From: a virus
Lineage: Duplodnaviria; Caudoviricetes
IMG/VR virus record: IMGVR_UViG_3300032229_000798
Coordinates: 2,199 to 66,198 of that record
DNA: 64,000 bases
Strand: one strand, 5' to 3'
The notes beneath the pieces were generated by a model that worked only from the letters and a program-made list of their open reading frames with translations, ran no database searches and had not been told where the DNA came from. Positions 39,701-49,000 of this stretch are shown here, piece by piece; the stretch's first letter is position 1; each line of letters opens with the position of its first letter. A program made the position numbers and the translations under genes.

Positions 39701-41724
39701 TTGGTATTTTTTAAAGTCTCTTTGACATTCGAATTAAACACCTTGGAGGTGAAGTATGCTGCCTCAAGTTGTGCAAATGAAAGGATTTTGCCGTCTGTCT
39801 TTCCACTGGAAGATAACGAATAATCACTTAGAAGATGCAATCTCGAAAACATTACCTCAAATAATTCATCGAAATTGTTCCCACTATAATTAAAACTGTC
39901 CGCTGTGTCGTAACCGTTGGCACTGTAATCAAATGGATGTATCGGAACCCATTTTTCACCCAAAGAGGTTGAATAGGACTGTATGCTTCCCTGAAGAATA
40001 TCTGTAAGTTGTTCAGATAAAGAATTGTTTAAAAGTTGATTGACAATATCTATTTCTGGATAATAAGGATTCGTTTCTCCCACTATATCTCCAAGCCAAA
40101 CATCCACACCCGCTTCATTGTAAACACCTGGAAATGGATAGATTTTGTCGTGTGTATGTGGTATATCCGTACTCTTCAACGAGTTTGTAGTCCTGAAATA
40201 GTCTGCAAGCAAGCCAACACGTTCCTGACCGTAGCTTTCTGCCTTTTGACAGACACTATAAAGCTGGTCCAAGAAGACATCAACATTACCCATAATAACC
40301 TCTAAAACATTCCTGATTGTGGGGTTAAAACCTATTTCCTGTATAAACCCTGCATTCAAATCATTTACGATTTTCTCTTGGGTATTTGTCCTAAGCTCAT
40401 TTACTTTAGTATTTACTGAATCGACATTACTGCGGATTTCGTAAAACGAATAATAGTAAACAGGTGTATAAGCACCCATTTTATTTTCCACATCGCTTAG
40501 AACATAATATGCTTTATAGTCGATAGATTCTTGTTCGAATATGGCATCGGAAATATCAGTTATTAATTCATCATTAATCTCTGTATAACCCTTTGATTTA
40601 CTCGGTGTGAAATATTCAAGTTTATAACTGCTTAAAGAAGGATAACCCTCCAAGATAGTGTTTATTTCTGTAATCCTGTTATTGATATTGGACTGAAGTT
40701 CCTCAACATTTCCTATCAACTTTTCACCGAATAAACCAATGTCCCTGAAGAACATATAACCTTGCAGACTATTAAAGGTTTCATAGTTTATATTGTTACC
40801 ATAAACCCTGTCTTCCCTTTTCGTACAAGGCAACCCAAGGATAGTTATTAGTTCGTTTATCTTTTCGGAGACAGTATTCAGAGCAGTTATAATGGCTATG
40901 TCTGGATTATCCTTCTTCTGATTCTCGATATACGTTGATATTTTAGTATATCTCTGCAAAAGGTCTGGTATAGACATCAATCCAACATCGCCGTTCAACA
41001 ACTCGTATTTTGACAGAAGGTCTTTACCAACAGCTGTATTATTCAAATCTATCACATATTTCGTAATAATATCTGCCAAAAACGCATAATCATACCCGAT
41101 AAATTTTGTTTTTATTGAAAAATCCCCTGTTTCGCCGTCCAACGTCGCCTTAAAATCAATCAAATTCAAATAATACGTTGTAGCTTTACCATAGTATCCT
41201 TTTACTGTCAATTCAAAAATAGGATACGGCATTGTAAAGAAGGCATTATACTTTGAGGTATTATAATAATCCTTTCCAACCTGTCTTTCATAGTCATTGA
41301 AAATGGCTGCACCTCTTACATCTACGAAGTCTATTTCGACGGTGGACGGCGTAAACATATTCATGTTGATTCTTATATTCGTTATTCCCAACCCCTCCTC
41401 TGTTTTTCCACCGTCCACCCCTCCAATGTTACTATAATCAGTAGTAAGGTATCCATCACTCTTTTTATTCCTGCCTATAAAATAAATCCCGTCTTCGTCT
41501 TGAGACTTGCTACTATAAGTGTTATTGGAAACAATGGTACTCCTGTTTTGGGGGAAAGCGCGTAATCTCGCAAAAATAAAAAGGTCTTCCGTTGGAACAG
41601 AAATGTTTCCAATAGGGTTCGGATCAACCACACAAGTGAAGTAAGAATCAGTGTTAACATTACCATTTGAAGTAGAATCAAACAGTTCTTCTACTACATA
41701 TTTCAGGTCATTTAGATTAGCCAT
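36754..41724 (-). CDS. large baseplate hub/tail-associated protein with a C-terminal CHAP/NlpC-like peptidoglycan hydrolase
   Basis: VEIDFVDVRG and VECMGN.QIFPTMYFQL...GAHMITNVKHTI (hub-like); C-terminal NCAKWV...GDAWEW...HIGIF Cys-His dyad. Confidence 0.6.
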   Translation of the reverse strand: MANLNDLKYVVEELFDSTSNGNVNTDSYFTCVVDPNPIGNISVPTEDLFIFARLRAFPQNRSTIVSNNTYSSKSQDEDGIYFIGRNKKSDGYLTTDYSNIGGVDGGKTEEGLGITNIRINMNMFTPSTVEIDFVDVRGAAIFNDYERQVGKDYYNTSKYNAFFTMPYPIFELTVKGYYGKATTYYLNLIDFKATLDGETGDFSIKTKFIGYDYAFLADIITKYVIDLNNTAVGKDLLSKYELLNGDVGLMSIPDLLQRYTKISTYIENQKKDNPDIAIITALNTVSEKINELITILGLPCTKREDRVYGNNINYETFNSLQGYMFFRDIGLFGEKLIGNVEELQSNINNRITEINTILEGYPSLSSYKLEYFTPSKSKGYTEINDELITDISDAIFEQESIDYKAYYVLSDVENKMGAYTPVYYYSFYEIRSNVDSVNTKVNELRTNTQEKIVNDLNAGFIQEIGFNPTIRNVLEVIMGNVDVFLDQLYSVCQKAESYGQERVGLLADYFRTTNSLKSTDIPHTHDKIYPFPGVYNEAGVDVWLGDIVGETNPYYPEIDIVNQLLNNSLSEQLTDILQGSIQSYSTSLGEKWVPIHPFDYSANGYDTADSFNYSGNNFDELFEVMFSRLHLLSDYSLSSSGKTDGKILSFAQLEAAYFTSKVFNSNVKETLKNTNITDFVNSAVQYAQNNVDNIRLKVRGDLTNYYQSYNTSTATTNLNPLYEIPLSDLNSLETSLKGFAPKTFAANITDVLTNRIRKNISTVLSEGLKNENFFISEPIALNILDYSDCFTNPTIYQHLLLRYNTLVGSRTLDTTEPLITFLDDVTLFSGMGLSFTNYNKGADLWRQFYYSENNNEALTFMFLYSIGFKDATYYTNLKNRTSANLSNIPYLYAAYLGGISYQKTNPDFLTKDIKNNPNFSLIANENIFKPFQPFEDNNNYFLNVFKEFVIEVSNSLFHIYVGFYLYYGKSSFVTKNDFNQAKDLLLQLFKRVNKVIIPSVPSDNQMVYMTDTNRVTAYAKTFAETFVYLLPPKQNATPNANTEQNAEENNLVVDKNLKIVIYKHLKNIYDKWLSYNTSDGKVYNFSRYLRKGNRPTKLIEHCYFIDRTWSDIGDKVVLNPTPLLTYSGQIDGNIYFFISRIIKDNNFNFYNIPAFVQFGNKNEVSNIFRPYTNVENTEGGSCMIFQYVAGNSKVLDLNAESAYYLNDGFDFNARSKTFVPPGFNQKNVPSYYVNSVTPYSKEYLDKFNLCIFRVSYADQNQSIFKKVNVTQEDHRETAESMTIQDQLAGGKGGTKRIYMGADLYNAYAVRSYRTDVECMGNTQIFPTMYFQLDNIPLFHGAHMITNVKHTITPHDMVTEFGGRRISKFVYPLVDKITSYFNIGVNDKLQTDVTAAQDYSIIVDGKDSEYYSRDGLINVGFTTAEADAILSGGLNIGTTAVNNPNEVFRVVGSDGKVASYLLGSNINSATFSSNLASVFNPNNFNSYGVVGANCAKWVKLALSELGIYKNQNILGDAWEWAVGLPENGNVQYFSPNQKLTNWSNQDLIDAGLKNGSFLFGLTIGSKYIDESFEVIKNSNNRARINQLTINRRVPDNLKPKTNEYPFSIITHIGIFYNGIFYNFHSNNKISNMKPAANFIPVMAYQFMPTAINIASKR

Positions 41725-41776
41725 ATCTGTTTTTTAAAAAAATGCTTGTAACTTATTGGTTGTCAAGCAGTTGTAG

Positions 41777-41840
41777 AGGTTTTTTTGTATTCTGGCGGTG
41801 CTAAAAATATATATCTTTAAACCCCCGTAGATTACATTCT
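41777..41840. repeat. 64-bp intergenic repeat, copy 2
   Basis: 62/64 identical to 15402-15465. Confidence 0.95.
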
Positions 41841-41886
41841 TCTTTCGAACCTATATCTTATGAACCATGTTCTTTTGAACATATCA

Positions 41887-42195
41887 TTAATAATAGCTTT
41901 TAAATTTTTCCATAATGTCAATGTAGCGTTGGACGGCGGATTTGTAGGGGAAGGGAATTAAGATTATGGAGCCATCAGGTATTTCATCTTCGTTTGTCCC
42001 CAGTGTAGCATTCGCAAACATTATCAAGGTTCCCCCATAGGGTGTCCCATAATACTTCTGCGAAATAACATCCATCCTATCCCTGTCCTTATTCCAAAGA
42101 TAAGTTTTATCACCACTTTCTGTTGGAAAGTCAACGTGTGGCACAATGGTTATTTTTTCGTTTTCTATAAACGGGTCGTATATGTTATAATACAT
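41887..42195 (-). CDS. baseplate wedge LysM/tail-X-like protein (gp53-like)
   Basis: DRMDVISQKYYGTP.GGTLIMFAN...IPDG.IILIP. Confidence 0.75.
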   Translation of the reverse strand: MYYNIYDPFIENEKITIVPHVDFPTESGDKTYLWNKDRDRMDVISQKYYGTPYGGTLIMFANATLGTNEDEIPDGSIILIPFPYKSAVQRYIDIMEKFKSYY

Positions 42196-45100
42196 TATTC
42201 AAAATTTTCTGCTCTTTCTTGATTTGTTAATGGTAAATTAAACCTTGTTTTAAAATCTATAATCGTATTGGGGGTTGATTCCAAAGACTCTACCACACTA
42301 TTAAGGTTCGGTAACGGCACTGGATCTAACGGCCTTATAACTTTATTTAAAGGGTCTCCTATTCTTTTCATTCTGGTGTCATCTAAAGTCAGAGGGTCAA
42401 TAGAAATTTGATTCGGGTCAATTACTCTATTTAATCTCACACCTTCTTCAACATACCAATATTTTTGATCGTCTGGTTTAGCATCTTTATTTTTTGAACC
42501 ATATTGGACTGTATCAGCCCTTGGTTCAAACATATTCATAGAAGCATAGAAGTTATAAGAAAGTGCGTTCTGGAGCCTGTTTAGAGGCGCTACAAGCGAT
42601 TGTCCACCAATCAACGATATGTTTAATGTTATGTTCGCTATCATCGGTGCAACAAATCCTTCTGGGTTTAAATCCCATTTTATTTGTGCATCTGACTTAT
42701 AATCAATATTCATGGATTTTATTACCATCTTGGTATGGAAAAAGTCGCCTATTCTTAGGATACATACAGGCGGACGGCCAAATGCAAGGTTGGTGGTAAA
42801 ATCTATATTCTCTACACCGATATTTCTTCCCTGTCTTGTACATTGATGCAAGAAGTTCAACCTTCCATTAAATCCCTCTGGGGTCATGGAATGGAATGCA
42901 GGATGGAAATATCTGATTTTTTCTGATATTGACCTGTATGAGTGTGGGTCATATACTTCCAAATACTCGAACATATCACATTCAGTGATGGCAAATAACT
43001 TATCTAAAATCGTAGGTGAAATGTCATCTACAATAGCTTGGTTGGAATCTGCATCACCTTGGTTCAAATTATCGTCTGCTGCAATATCATCTGCTGTTGA
43101 ATCTGGTGGTGTTGTGTCTTCTGGGACATCGAAATCATATTTTATATCAACTCTTCTTGCCTTCACAGATTCAATTCCACCCCTATTTACATTATCTCCA
43201 GTGAGTGCTGGAGTTGAAAGAGTATCGGATAAAGCAAGTGCAGTAAACGTAAAGTCTACGTCATTAATATTTTTTAGATAAGTAGCAAAATAATCTACAA
43301 ACCATTGTTTTACAGCCTCACTTCTATCTTCAGATAGTTTTAAGTTTGTTGTATCCAAAGGCACTGCATTACTTGCGGATCCAACAAAATAAAATGTAAC
43401 TGATTTGTATTGATTAACACTTATTTGATTTAATACTTCTATGATTTTAGTTTCTAAAAAAATATCACTAAAAAAATCGTTGTTTAATTCATAATTTCTC
43501 CTATTATCATAAGGTGGATCAAAATTTTTATCCCTTTTAACTCCTTTATAATAAGTGTAATCCAATTCAATCGGTTGAAAAGCAGATTGATAACCTGGAT
43601 TTTCGTTTATAGTTCCATTCCGTACAGGCACTATTGAAACATTATTTGGAAAATACACTGAAACAAAATCAAAAGCAGCATCTACAGTAGCTCTGGCAGC
43701 TTTTTCTATATCTTTATCATTTTTTTGTTCTGGTGTCAGTGCTGGGTCATTTGATTTTTTTGAAGGTGGTTTAACACTTTTTGCCTTTTTAATTTCTTGT
43801 ATTTCATCTCCAGTTAATCTTTCATAAAGTGTGTTTTCGATGATGTCAAAAACAGATTTATCTCCCTTAAAATATCTTTCCCAAATTTCAGTCCTCTGCC
43901 CCCTGATTTTATTAACGACCATTGGATGGTCAACAATCATTGAAAAAGTCAACGTACCATCTCTTGAAGTATTATTGTATGTATATATCGGTTCACCTCT
44001 TCCAATAAATTTATGTTCATTCCAGTCAACAGTAACAGATTCAGTGAAATCCAAATTATACGGAGGGAACCACATAATTCTGCCAGCCTTTCCAGTCAAT
44101 ACATCGCCTGCACCTATTTCACAGTCTGGTAATTCTGCCAAATGGTCACTCCATGCAAGGTTTTCAATCGAGAACATATATTTTTTCATCAAAACTCCAT
44201 TCGACCTCCTAAAAGTCGGAGCGAAGTTAAGAAGTCCGTTGGATTTTAAAACACTTGGTATTTTCCTGTCAAGACCTCTGTGGGATATAGCCCTGTTAAG
44301 TTTTGAATATTGTCTATCTTTTGTCCATACGCGAAAGAAATCACCAGCCTTGACATCGTATTCCAACCTGTCTTCATCTACTGGCCAATCCCCAAAAGCA
44401 GTTACAGAATCACCTTTTGAAATAATGATTTCCTCACCTCCGTCTGTTACTTTAAATTCCTTTAGGGTTGAATCAAGGAATTGTCCACTTCCATTTGGTC
44501 TATCCCCTGCATCATTTACAATATCCTTTGTTTTTCCTAAAAGGGAATAAGGGCTTAATCTGTTTTCTTGGTTTGCATCTTTTACCCAATATACATCATT
44601 TGGATTTCTGTCTTCTCCTATTGTGAAGTCGGTGGACGGCGAAAAAACATCCACTCCCTTTCCACCTTTTTTGTGTTGGGTGATGTTGTATTCTGTGTTA
44701 TAATATAATCCACGTTCATCTGAAAAACTCCAATCTATACCACCACTTTTATTCAAAACAATGGTTGCATCTCTAAAATTTATTATCTCGGCATTAAATT
44801 GACCAGTGAAAGGTTTTGGTGCATTTGGTCCGACATAAAGATATTCATTACTCTTTACAGGGTAATCGTCATCTGGGATACTCGGCCTAAATGTATTCCT
44901 GTCTAAATGGTCTTGCAACGCCTGCTTTTGACCTGCACCAGTATAGTCAAGGATGTTCTTGTAATAAGCATCCCTGCTTATTATACCTTCACCTACCTCA
45001 TAATTTATATTGAAAACATCATTTGGGAGATAGCTTAAAGGAAATTGACCGCCAGATAATTTTTGCAGAAATGTAGCGGCTTTACCAATAGTCGTTCTTG

Positions 45101-45761
45101 GAACAGATATATCATAAGGGACACGCCGTAATGTACCGTTGGATACTAATTTAAACGGGTCTGTTTGCAGATATTCACTGACTGTTTGAACGACATTCGA
45201 TTCTATGTTGAGTCTATACTGGTCGTTCAAGGCTTCTGCACCAACCAAACCAATAGGTGTATCACTTAATTTTTGACCAGTTAAAATGGCAAAAGTGTCG
45301 AATATATTTTGATTATTTTGGAGTTTTCTTACATATTCCAAATAACTTTCCTCCTGTTTTTCAAAAGGAGGGCATGGTTCCATACCAATAAATTCATAAT
45401 CTTGATTCGCATAGAAATTACAACCGATAATATCCCTGTAAAAACCTTCAGAGACATCGGATATGGACGGCATATCAATAACATTAATATCACCTATGTC
45501 AACGGATTGGACGGCGAATTGTTGGGGGATATGAACATTAAGGTCAAATTTGTCCTCCAAATATGTTGCACCAATATCCAGTGGGTTAGGAGAATATGTT
45601 ACTGGATTTCCATTGAATGGAATTTCAGCTTGCTCATAAAACCCGCCTAAAGCATATTGACTATCTGTATCTATTTTTGCTTCCGAAAGAGGGAAGAGGA
45701 TTTTTGTTTTATCATCTTCCCTTTTATTGGTCGCAATCAAATCAAGCAATGACTTGCACAT
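42195..45761 (-). CDS. baseplate/tail-tube initiator-like protein with an inserted OmpA-like domain
   Basis: FTESVTVDWNEHKFIGRGEPIYTYNNTSR and GRPPVCILRIGD (tube-initiator-like) flank VYFPNN...GSAS...NLKLSEDRSEAVKQW...ARRVDI (OmpA C-terminal-like). Confidence 0.6.
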   Translation of the reverse strand: MCKSLLDLIATNKREDDKTKILFPLSEAKIDTDSQYALGGFYEQAEIPFNGNPVTYSPNPLDIGATYLEDKFDLNVHIPQQFAVQSVDIGDINVIDMPSISDVSEGFYRDIIGCNFYANQDYEFIGMEPCPPFEKQEESYLEYVRKLQNNQNIFDTFAILTGQKLSDTPIGLVGAEALNDQYRLNIESNVVQTVSEYLQTDPFKLVSNGTLRRVPYDISVPRTTIGKAATFLQKLSGGQFPLSYLPNDVFNINYEVGEGIISRDAYYKNILDYTGAGQKQALQDHLDRNTFRPSIPDDDYPVKSNEYLYVGPNAPKPFTGQFNAEIINFRDATIVLNKSGGIDWSFSDERGLYYNTEYNITQHKKGGKGVDVFSPSTDFTIGEDRNPNDVYWVKDANQENRLSPYSLLGKTKDIVNDAGDRPNGSGQFLDSTLKEFKVTDGGEEIIISKGDSVTAFGDWPVDEDRLEYDVKAGDFFRVWTKDRQYSKLNRAISHRGLDRKIPSVLKSNGLLNFAPTFRRSNGVLMKKYMFSIENLAWSDHLAELPDCEIGAGDVLTGKAGRIMWFPPYNLDFTESVTVDWNEHKFIGRGEPIYTYNNTSRDGTLTFSMIVDHPMVVNKIRGQRTEIWERYFKGDKSVFDIIENTLYERLTGDEIQEIKKAKSVKPPSKKSNDPALTPEQKNDKDIEKAARATVDAAFDFVSVYFPNNVSIVPVRNGTINENPGYQSAFQPIELDYTYYKGVKRDKNFDPPYDNRRNYELNNDFFSDIFLETKIIEVLNQISVNQYKSVTFYFVGSASNAVPLDTTNLKLSEDRSEAVKQWFVDYFATYLKNINDVDFTFTALALSDTLSTPALTGDNVNRGGIESVKARRVDIKYDFDVPEDTTPPDSTADDIAADDNLNQGDADSNQAIVDDISPTILDKLFAITECDMFEYLEVYDPHSYRSISEKIRYFHPAFHSMTPEGFNGRLNFLHQCTRQGRNIGVENIDFTTNLAFGRPPVCILRIGDFFHTKMVIKSMNIDYKSDAQIKWDLNPEGFVAPMIANITLNISLIGGQSLVAPLNRLQNALSYNFYASMNMFEPRADTVQYGSKNKDAKPDDQKYWYVEEGVRLNRVIDPNQISIDPLTLDDTRMKRIGDPLNKVIRPLDPVPLPNLNSVVESLESTPNTIIDFKTRFNLPLTNQERAENFE

Positions 45762-45799
45762 AAATTATGTTCTTTTAACATAAATAAAGTCAAAATAAA

Positions 45800-47725
45800 T
45801 TAATATAATGATTTACTTGGGGTAGTATTCTTTCCGCCATTGTCGTTTGTGGATTTTAAGCTGCTTTCAATCTCTTGGTTAAATTCTTGTTTATAAGCAT
45901 TTCTGAAATTTGGGTCGTTCTTTAAATCTAAGACTTTGTAAGTTTTCCCATTCATGTCTAATTTTATTACCGCTTCTCCACTTAAAAATAGTTTTGCTTC
46001 ACTAGTGTTAGGTCGGTTTTTAGCATATCTTTCATAATTAAAATAAGATTTTACTAATTCTTTAGTGGCATTTTCATCATCTTTTATATCTTTAAAACTG
46101 CTAACAGATGTGGTTTTAATATTACCTTTATTAAAAGTAGTATCTTTGGATTCTGATGAAAAAGTTGGGAATGGAAGCTGCCCTGTTATAACCTTTGGAA
46201 TCATTGATGCTAACATACCTACAAATGAACGACCTTCATCCATTTTTTTAAATACTTCTCCTGATTGATTTGCAGCACTTAATTTAGCCTGTTTTTCTAA
46301 TTCTTGCCCAGTTCTAATTAAACCTGCACCGCTTTCCATACTAGCTTTATCTAAAGCAGCCCTCTTTGCAATTGATAATTGTTCTGCATTTAAAATTTCA
46401 AAATCGTTAGATAAAATTACAATTTGTTGATATATTTTCTGCAATTCTTCAGTTGCAGTTCTGTTAACCATAATAAGATTTTCTAATGGATCTTTTAAGG
46501 GGTCCATACCAATAGTTGATAATTTCTCCAAATCTTGTGGGGAAATTTGACTAACAAGTTTTTGTTCATTCCCTATTGTTATTTTTGGAGTACCACCTTT
46601 AAATTCAGCCAACATTGCAATTTTATTGATGTACTCATCCAAATTTTCTTTTGAACCTGCTGCAAATTCTGGTGAAACATATCTCCTAACAATTTCTTCT
46701 TGTTTTTGTACCCTCCTTGTTCTCATCATCTCCTCCACAGGTATTCCAGAAATAGTTTCAAAATATTTTAATTGTCTTCTCTCCAAAGAAGAAAATTCTA
46801 TTTCCCCTGTTGTTTTATTCAACATACCCATCCCCTTTGTCAAATCTGCCACCTTGTCTATCAAAGAACCGACGTCGTTATTAGCATCATACATTAATTG
46901 AAAAACGTCACCAAATTGTGCAAACTCACCTCCCATCATTTGCAATGAAGCTGCCATTTCAATTGCGTCTTCTGCGTCATAAAACCTGTCAGAAAACTGC
47001 ACGACCTTATCCATGCTAAGATTTAATCTATTGGCCTCAATTGCCATTTTCTTTAAGCCTTCTAATCCGTTTTTGAATGTATATCTATCAACGTCTGCAA
47101 TATTTTTTTGAATGTCATTCAAAACCTTTTTAACTGAAATACCGTATTTATCAGACTTTACCATTGCATCATTCAAAAAAGTTCTTGTATCTTGTATCGT
47201 TCGACCATACAATTTTGCAATAGGAATAAGACTATCAAATTGACCATCAAATGCTTTGTTTATCATGGCCATATTTTTTATATCTTCATCTGATGGCGCA
47301 AAAGGTCTTCCATATTCTTCGACAAAAGTAGAATAAGCACTCGAAAAATTTTCAATATCTACGTTATAACCAAGTAATGCGCTTTTACCTTTAATCAAAT
47401 TATCTCGTAAATCTTTGGCTACTTGGCCGCCGATACCTAACTGGAGATTGGTTTTATTTATAGCCCTTTGTATATCTTCCCAATATTTTGTCGTACCAAA
47501 AGGTGTAGAATATTCAGACCCTAAACTTAATCCAAGTTGTTGGGCCATAACAGACCCTTCAAAATATTGCTTAACTGCTTTACTGGCCTCAAGCGCATAA
47601 TATGCTGGACCATACGTTGCAAAGTTTTCAATATTCCTTGCTATTTTTTTTATAACTTCTCCTATTTCCCCAACGGCACTTAAAATACCTTCAGCTTTTG
47701 ATAAAAAACTTAATAATGCTACCAT
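45800..47725 (-). CDS. putative tape measure protein
   Basis: Helical A/M/Q-rich protein (AIEMAASLQMMGG) downstream of the tube and chaperone genes. Confidence 0.55.
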   Translation of the reverse strand: MVALLSFLSKAEGILSAVGEIGEVIKKIARNIENFATYGPAYYALEASKAVKQYFEGSVMAQQLGLSLGSEYSTPFGTTKYWEDIQRAINKTNLQLGIGGQVAKDLRDNLIKGKSALLGYNVDIENFSSAYSTFVEEYGRPFAPSDEDIKNMAMINKAFDGQFDSLIPIAKLYGRTIQDTRTFLNDAMVKSDKYGISVKKVLNDIQKNIADVDRYTFKNGLEGLKKMAIEANRLNLSMDKVVQFSDRFYDAEDAIEMAASLQMMGGEFAQFGDVFQLMYDANNDVGSLIDKVADLTKGMGMLNKTTGEIEFSSLERRQLKYFETISGIPVEEMMRTRRVQKQEEIVRRYVSPEFAAGSKENLDEYINKIAMLAEFKGGTPKITIGNEQKLVSQISPQDLEKLSTIGMDPLKDPLENLIMVNRTATEELQKIYQQIVILSNDFEILNAEQLSIAKRAALDKASMESGAGLIRTGQELEKQAKLSAANQSGEVFKKMDEGRSFVGMLASMIPKVITGQLPFPTFSSESKDTTFNKGNIKTTSVSSFKDIKDDENATKELVKSYFNYERYAKNRPNTSEAKLFLSGEAVIKLDMNGKTYKVLDLKNDPNFRNAYKQEFNQEIESSLKSTNDNGGKNTTPSKSLY

Positions 47726-47748
47726 AATTTTATTTTATTATAAATATG

Positions 47749-47786
47749 AAAAAAATGGTTCAGGAGTGCTCCCGAACCATTTTTTT
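47749..47786 (-). terminator. intrinsic terminator
   Basis: AAAAAAATGGTTC...GAACCATTTTTTT stem. Confidence 0.7.
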
Positions 47787-47991
47787 ATTGTTTTACAAAA
47801 TCGTCTATTTTTTTTAGTAATTTTTGGTAAGTTTCTTCAAATTCCTCTTTGGTAGAATCCTGCCAACCAAATAATTTTCCTTTACTGTAAGATATGTTTT
47901 TGTTAGTAACTTGTACCATTAAATCTGTATTTGAATCGTACATAATATAGGTTCTGTTATCGTCCGATATTATTTTGTAAAATTCTTTCAT
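47785..47991 (-). CDS. hypothetical protein
   Basis: 68-aa ORF with ATGA overlap. Confidence 0.55.
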   Translation of the reverse strand: MKEFYKIISDDNRTYIMYDSNTDLMVQVTNKNISYSKGKLFGWQDSTKEEFEETYQKLLKKIDDFVKQ

Positions 47992-48170
47992 TGTTCTTGT
48001 TGTTTTTGGTTATATTCAATTAATTTGTTTATATAAAACTTCCTTTCGTAAACTGGCATCATTTTAACATCGGCCCAACTGAAATTACCGTGCTTTACTA
48101 ATATTAAAAGTTCTTCCAATATCATTTCCAAATAACCTTCTGGTAATCTGAAAATTCTATCAACCATCAT
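47988..48170 (-). CDS. tail/baseplate assembly chaperone, C-terminal part
   Basis: LILVKHGNFSWADVKMMPVYERKFYI resembles T4 gp51-like / tail-chaperone C-terminal motifs. Confidence 0.65.
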   Translation of the reverse strand: MMVDRIFRLPEGYLEMILEELLILVKHGNFSWADVKMMPVYERKFYINKLIEYNQKQQEQ

Positions 48171-48895
48171 TCTATACTGGGAAAAAAAAACTCCGACGTC
48201 ATTTCAAGATATTGGTCTTTCATTTTACCTGTTTTAGGGCTTACAACAGAAATGTTAAGGTCCATAGCAGGCATTACTTCCCCCATATAGAAAAGAAGTT
48301 TATTTGCGTCCACAATATTCATCTGCTTAACAAACGTGGCAATCATTATCCTATCTGTTTCGCCGTCCACCGAAGTAATCAACTTCTCCAACCTGATAGA
48401 CTTTGAAGATATTATACTTTGATTACCCAAGCGCATTTGTTCTCTCCTCACCTCTTTTTCATCTTCTCCATTCATCAACCTGAATGTTACTTTATGGTTG
48501 CTTTTCGGTAAAACAAATTCAAACTCTCCTTTCGTATTTGGTTTTATTTTCGGTTCTTTAACCAGTAGTGTTGTTAAATCAAAATCATAAGATTCGCCGT
48601 CCACCTCAATCCTGTAAATCGGATCCATAGTAACACGAAGATAAATCAATATAGCCAACCTGTCTCCAATCAACATTTTTTGGGGATGAATAAACGGAGT
48701 GCTTTCATCTTTGAATGTCACCTTCCTTTCAAGCAATTTGTCAATCATATCCCCAGAGTTCAACAGATTCGGGGAGGTCATTATTTCCTCGTCAGCCAAC
48801 GTCAAGTGATATACTTTCACTTCACTACATTTATTTTCATAGAATAAGCCTTTGGAAGGCAAAGAGATTATGTCGTATTTAGGTTCGAAATTCAT
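48167..48895 (-). CDS. baseplate hub assembly / tail assembly chaperone (T4 gp26-like)
   Basis: ISLPSKGLFY, LTLADEEIMTS, GDRLAILIYLR, LPKS...VTFRLMNGEDE. Confidence 0.7.
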   Translation of the reverse strand: MNFEPKYDIISLPSKGLFYENKCSEVKVYHLTLADEEIMTSPNLLNSGDMIDKLLERKVTFKDESTPFIHPQKMLIGDRLAILIYLRVTMDPIYRIEVDGESYDFDLTTLLVKEPKIKPNTKGEFEFVLPKSNHKVTFRLMNGEDEKEVRREQMRLGNQSIISSKSIRLEKLITSVDGETDRIMIATFVKQMNIVDANKLLFYMGEVMPAMDLNISVVSPKTGKMKDQYLEMTSEFFFPSIE

Positions 48896-48931
48896 ATTTC
48901 AATTCTGTTTTTTTGTAAATATATAACATAT

Positions 48932-48976
48932 AAAAAAAAAGTGCTGCTTGGAACGAACTTCGCCGTCCAACAGCAC
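48932..48976 (-). terminator. intrinsic terminator after the tail tube gene, containing one motif copy
   Basis: Minus strand reads GTGCTG-TTGGACGGCGAAGTTCGTTCCAAG-CAGCAC-T9. Confidence 0.75.
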
Positions 48977-49000
48977 AAACAATAAAAATGTTTTTGATAG

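Noticed and set aside
43831-44550. Long antisense ORFs (for example 43831-44550, 32033-32515, 23536-24021, 62026-62466)
   Set aside because: They lie opposite well-supported genes, have S/L/F-rich shadow composition and show no motifs.
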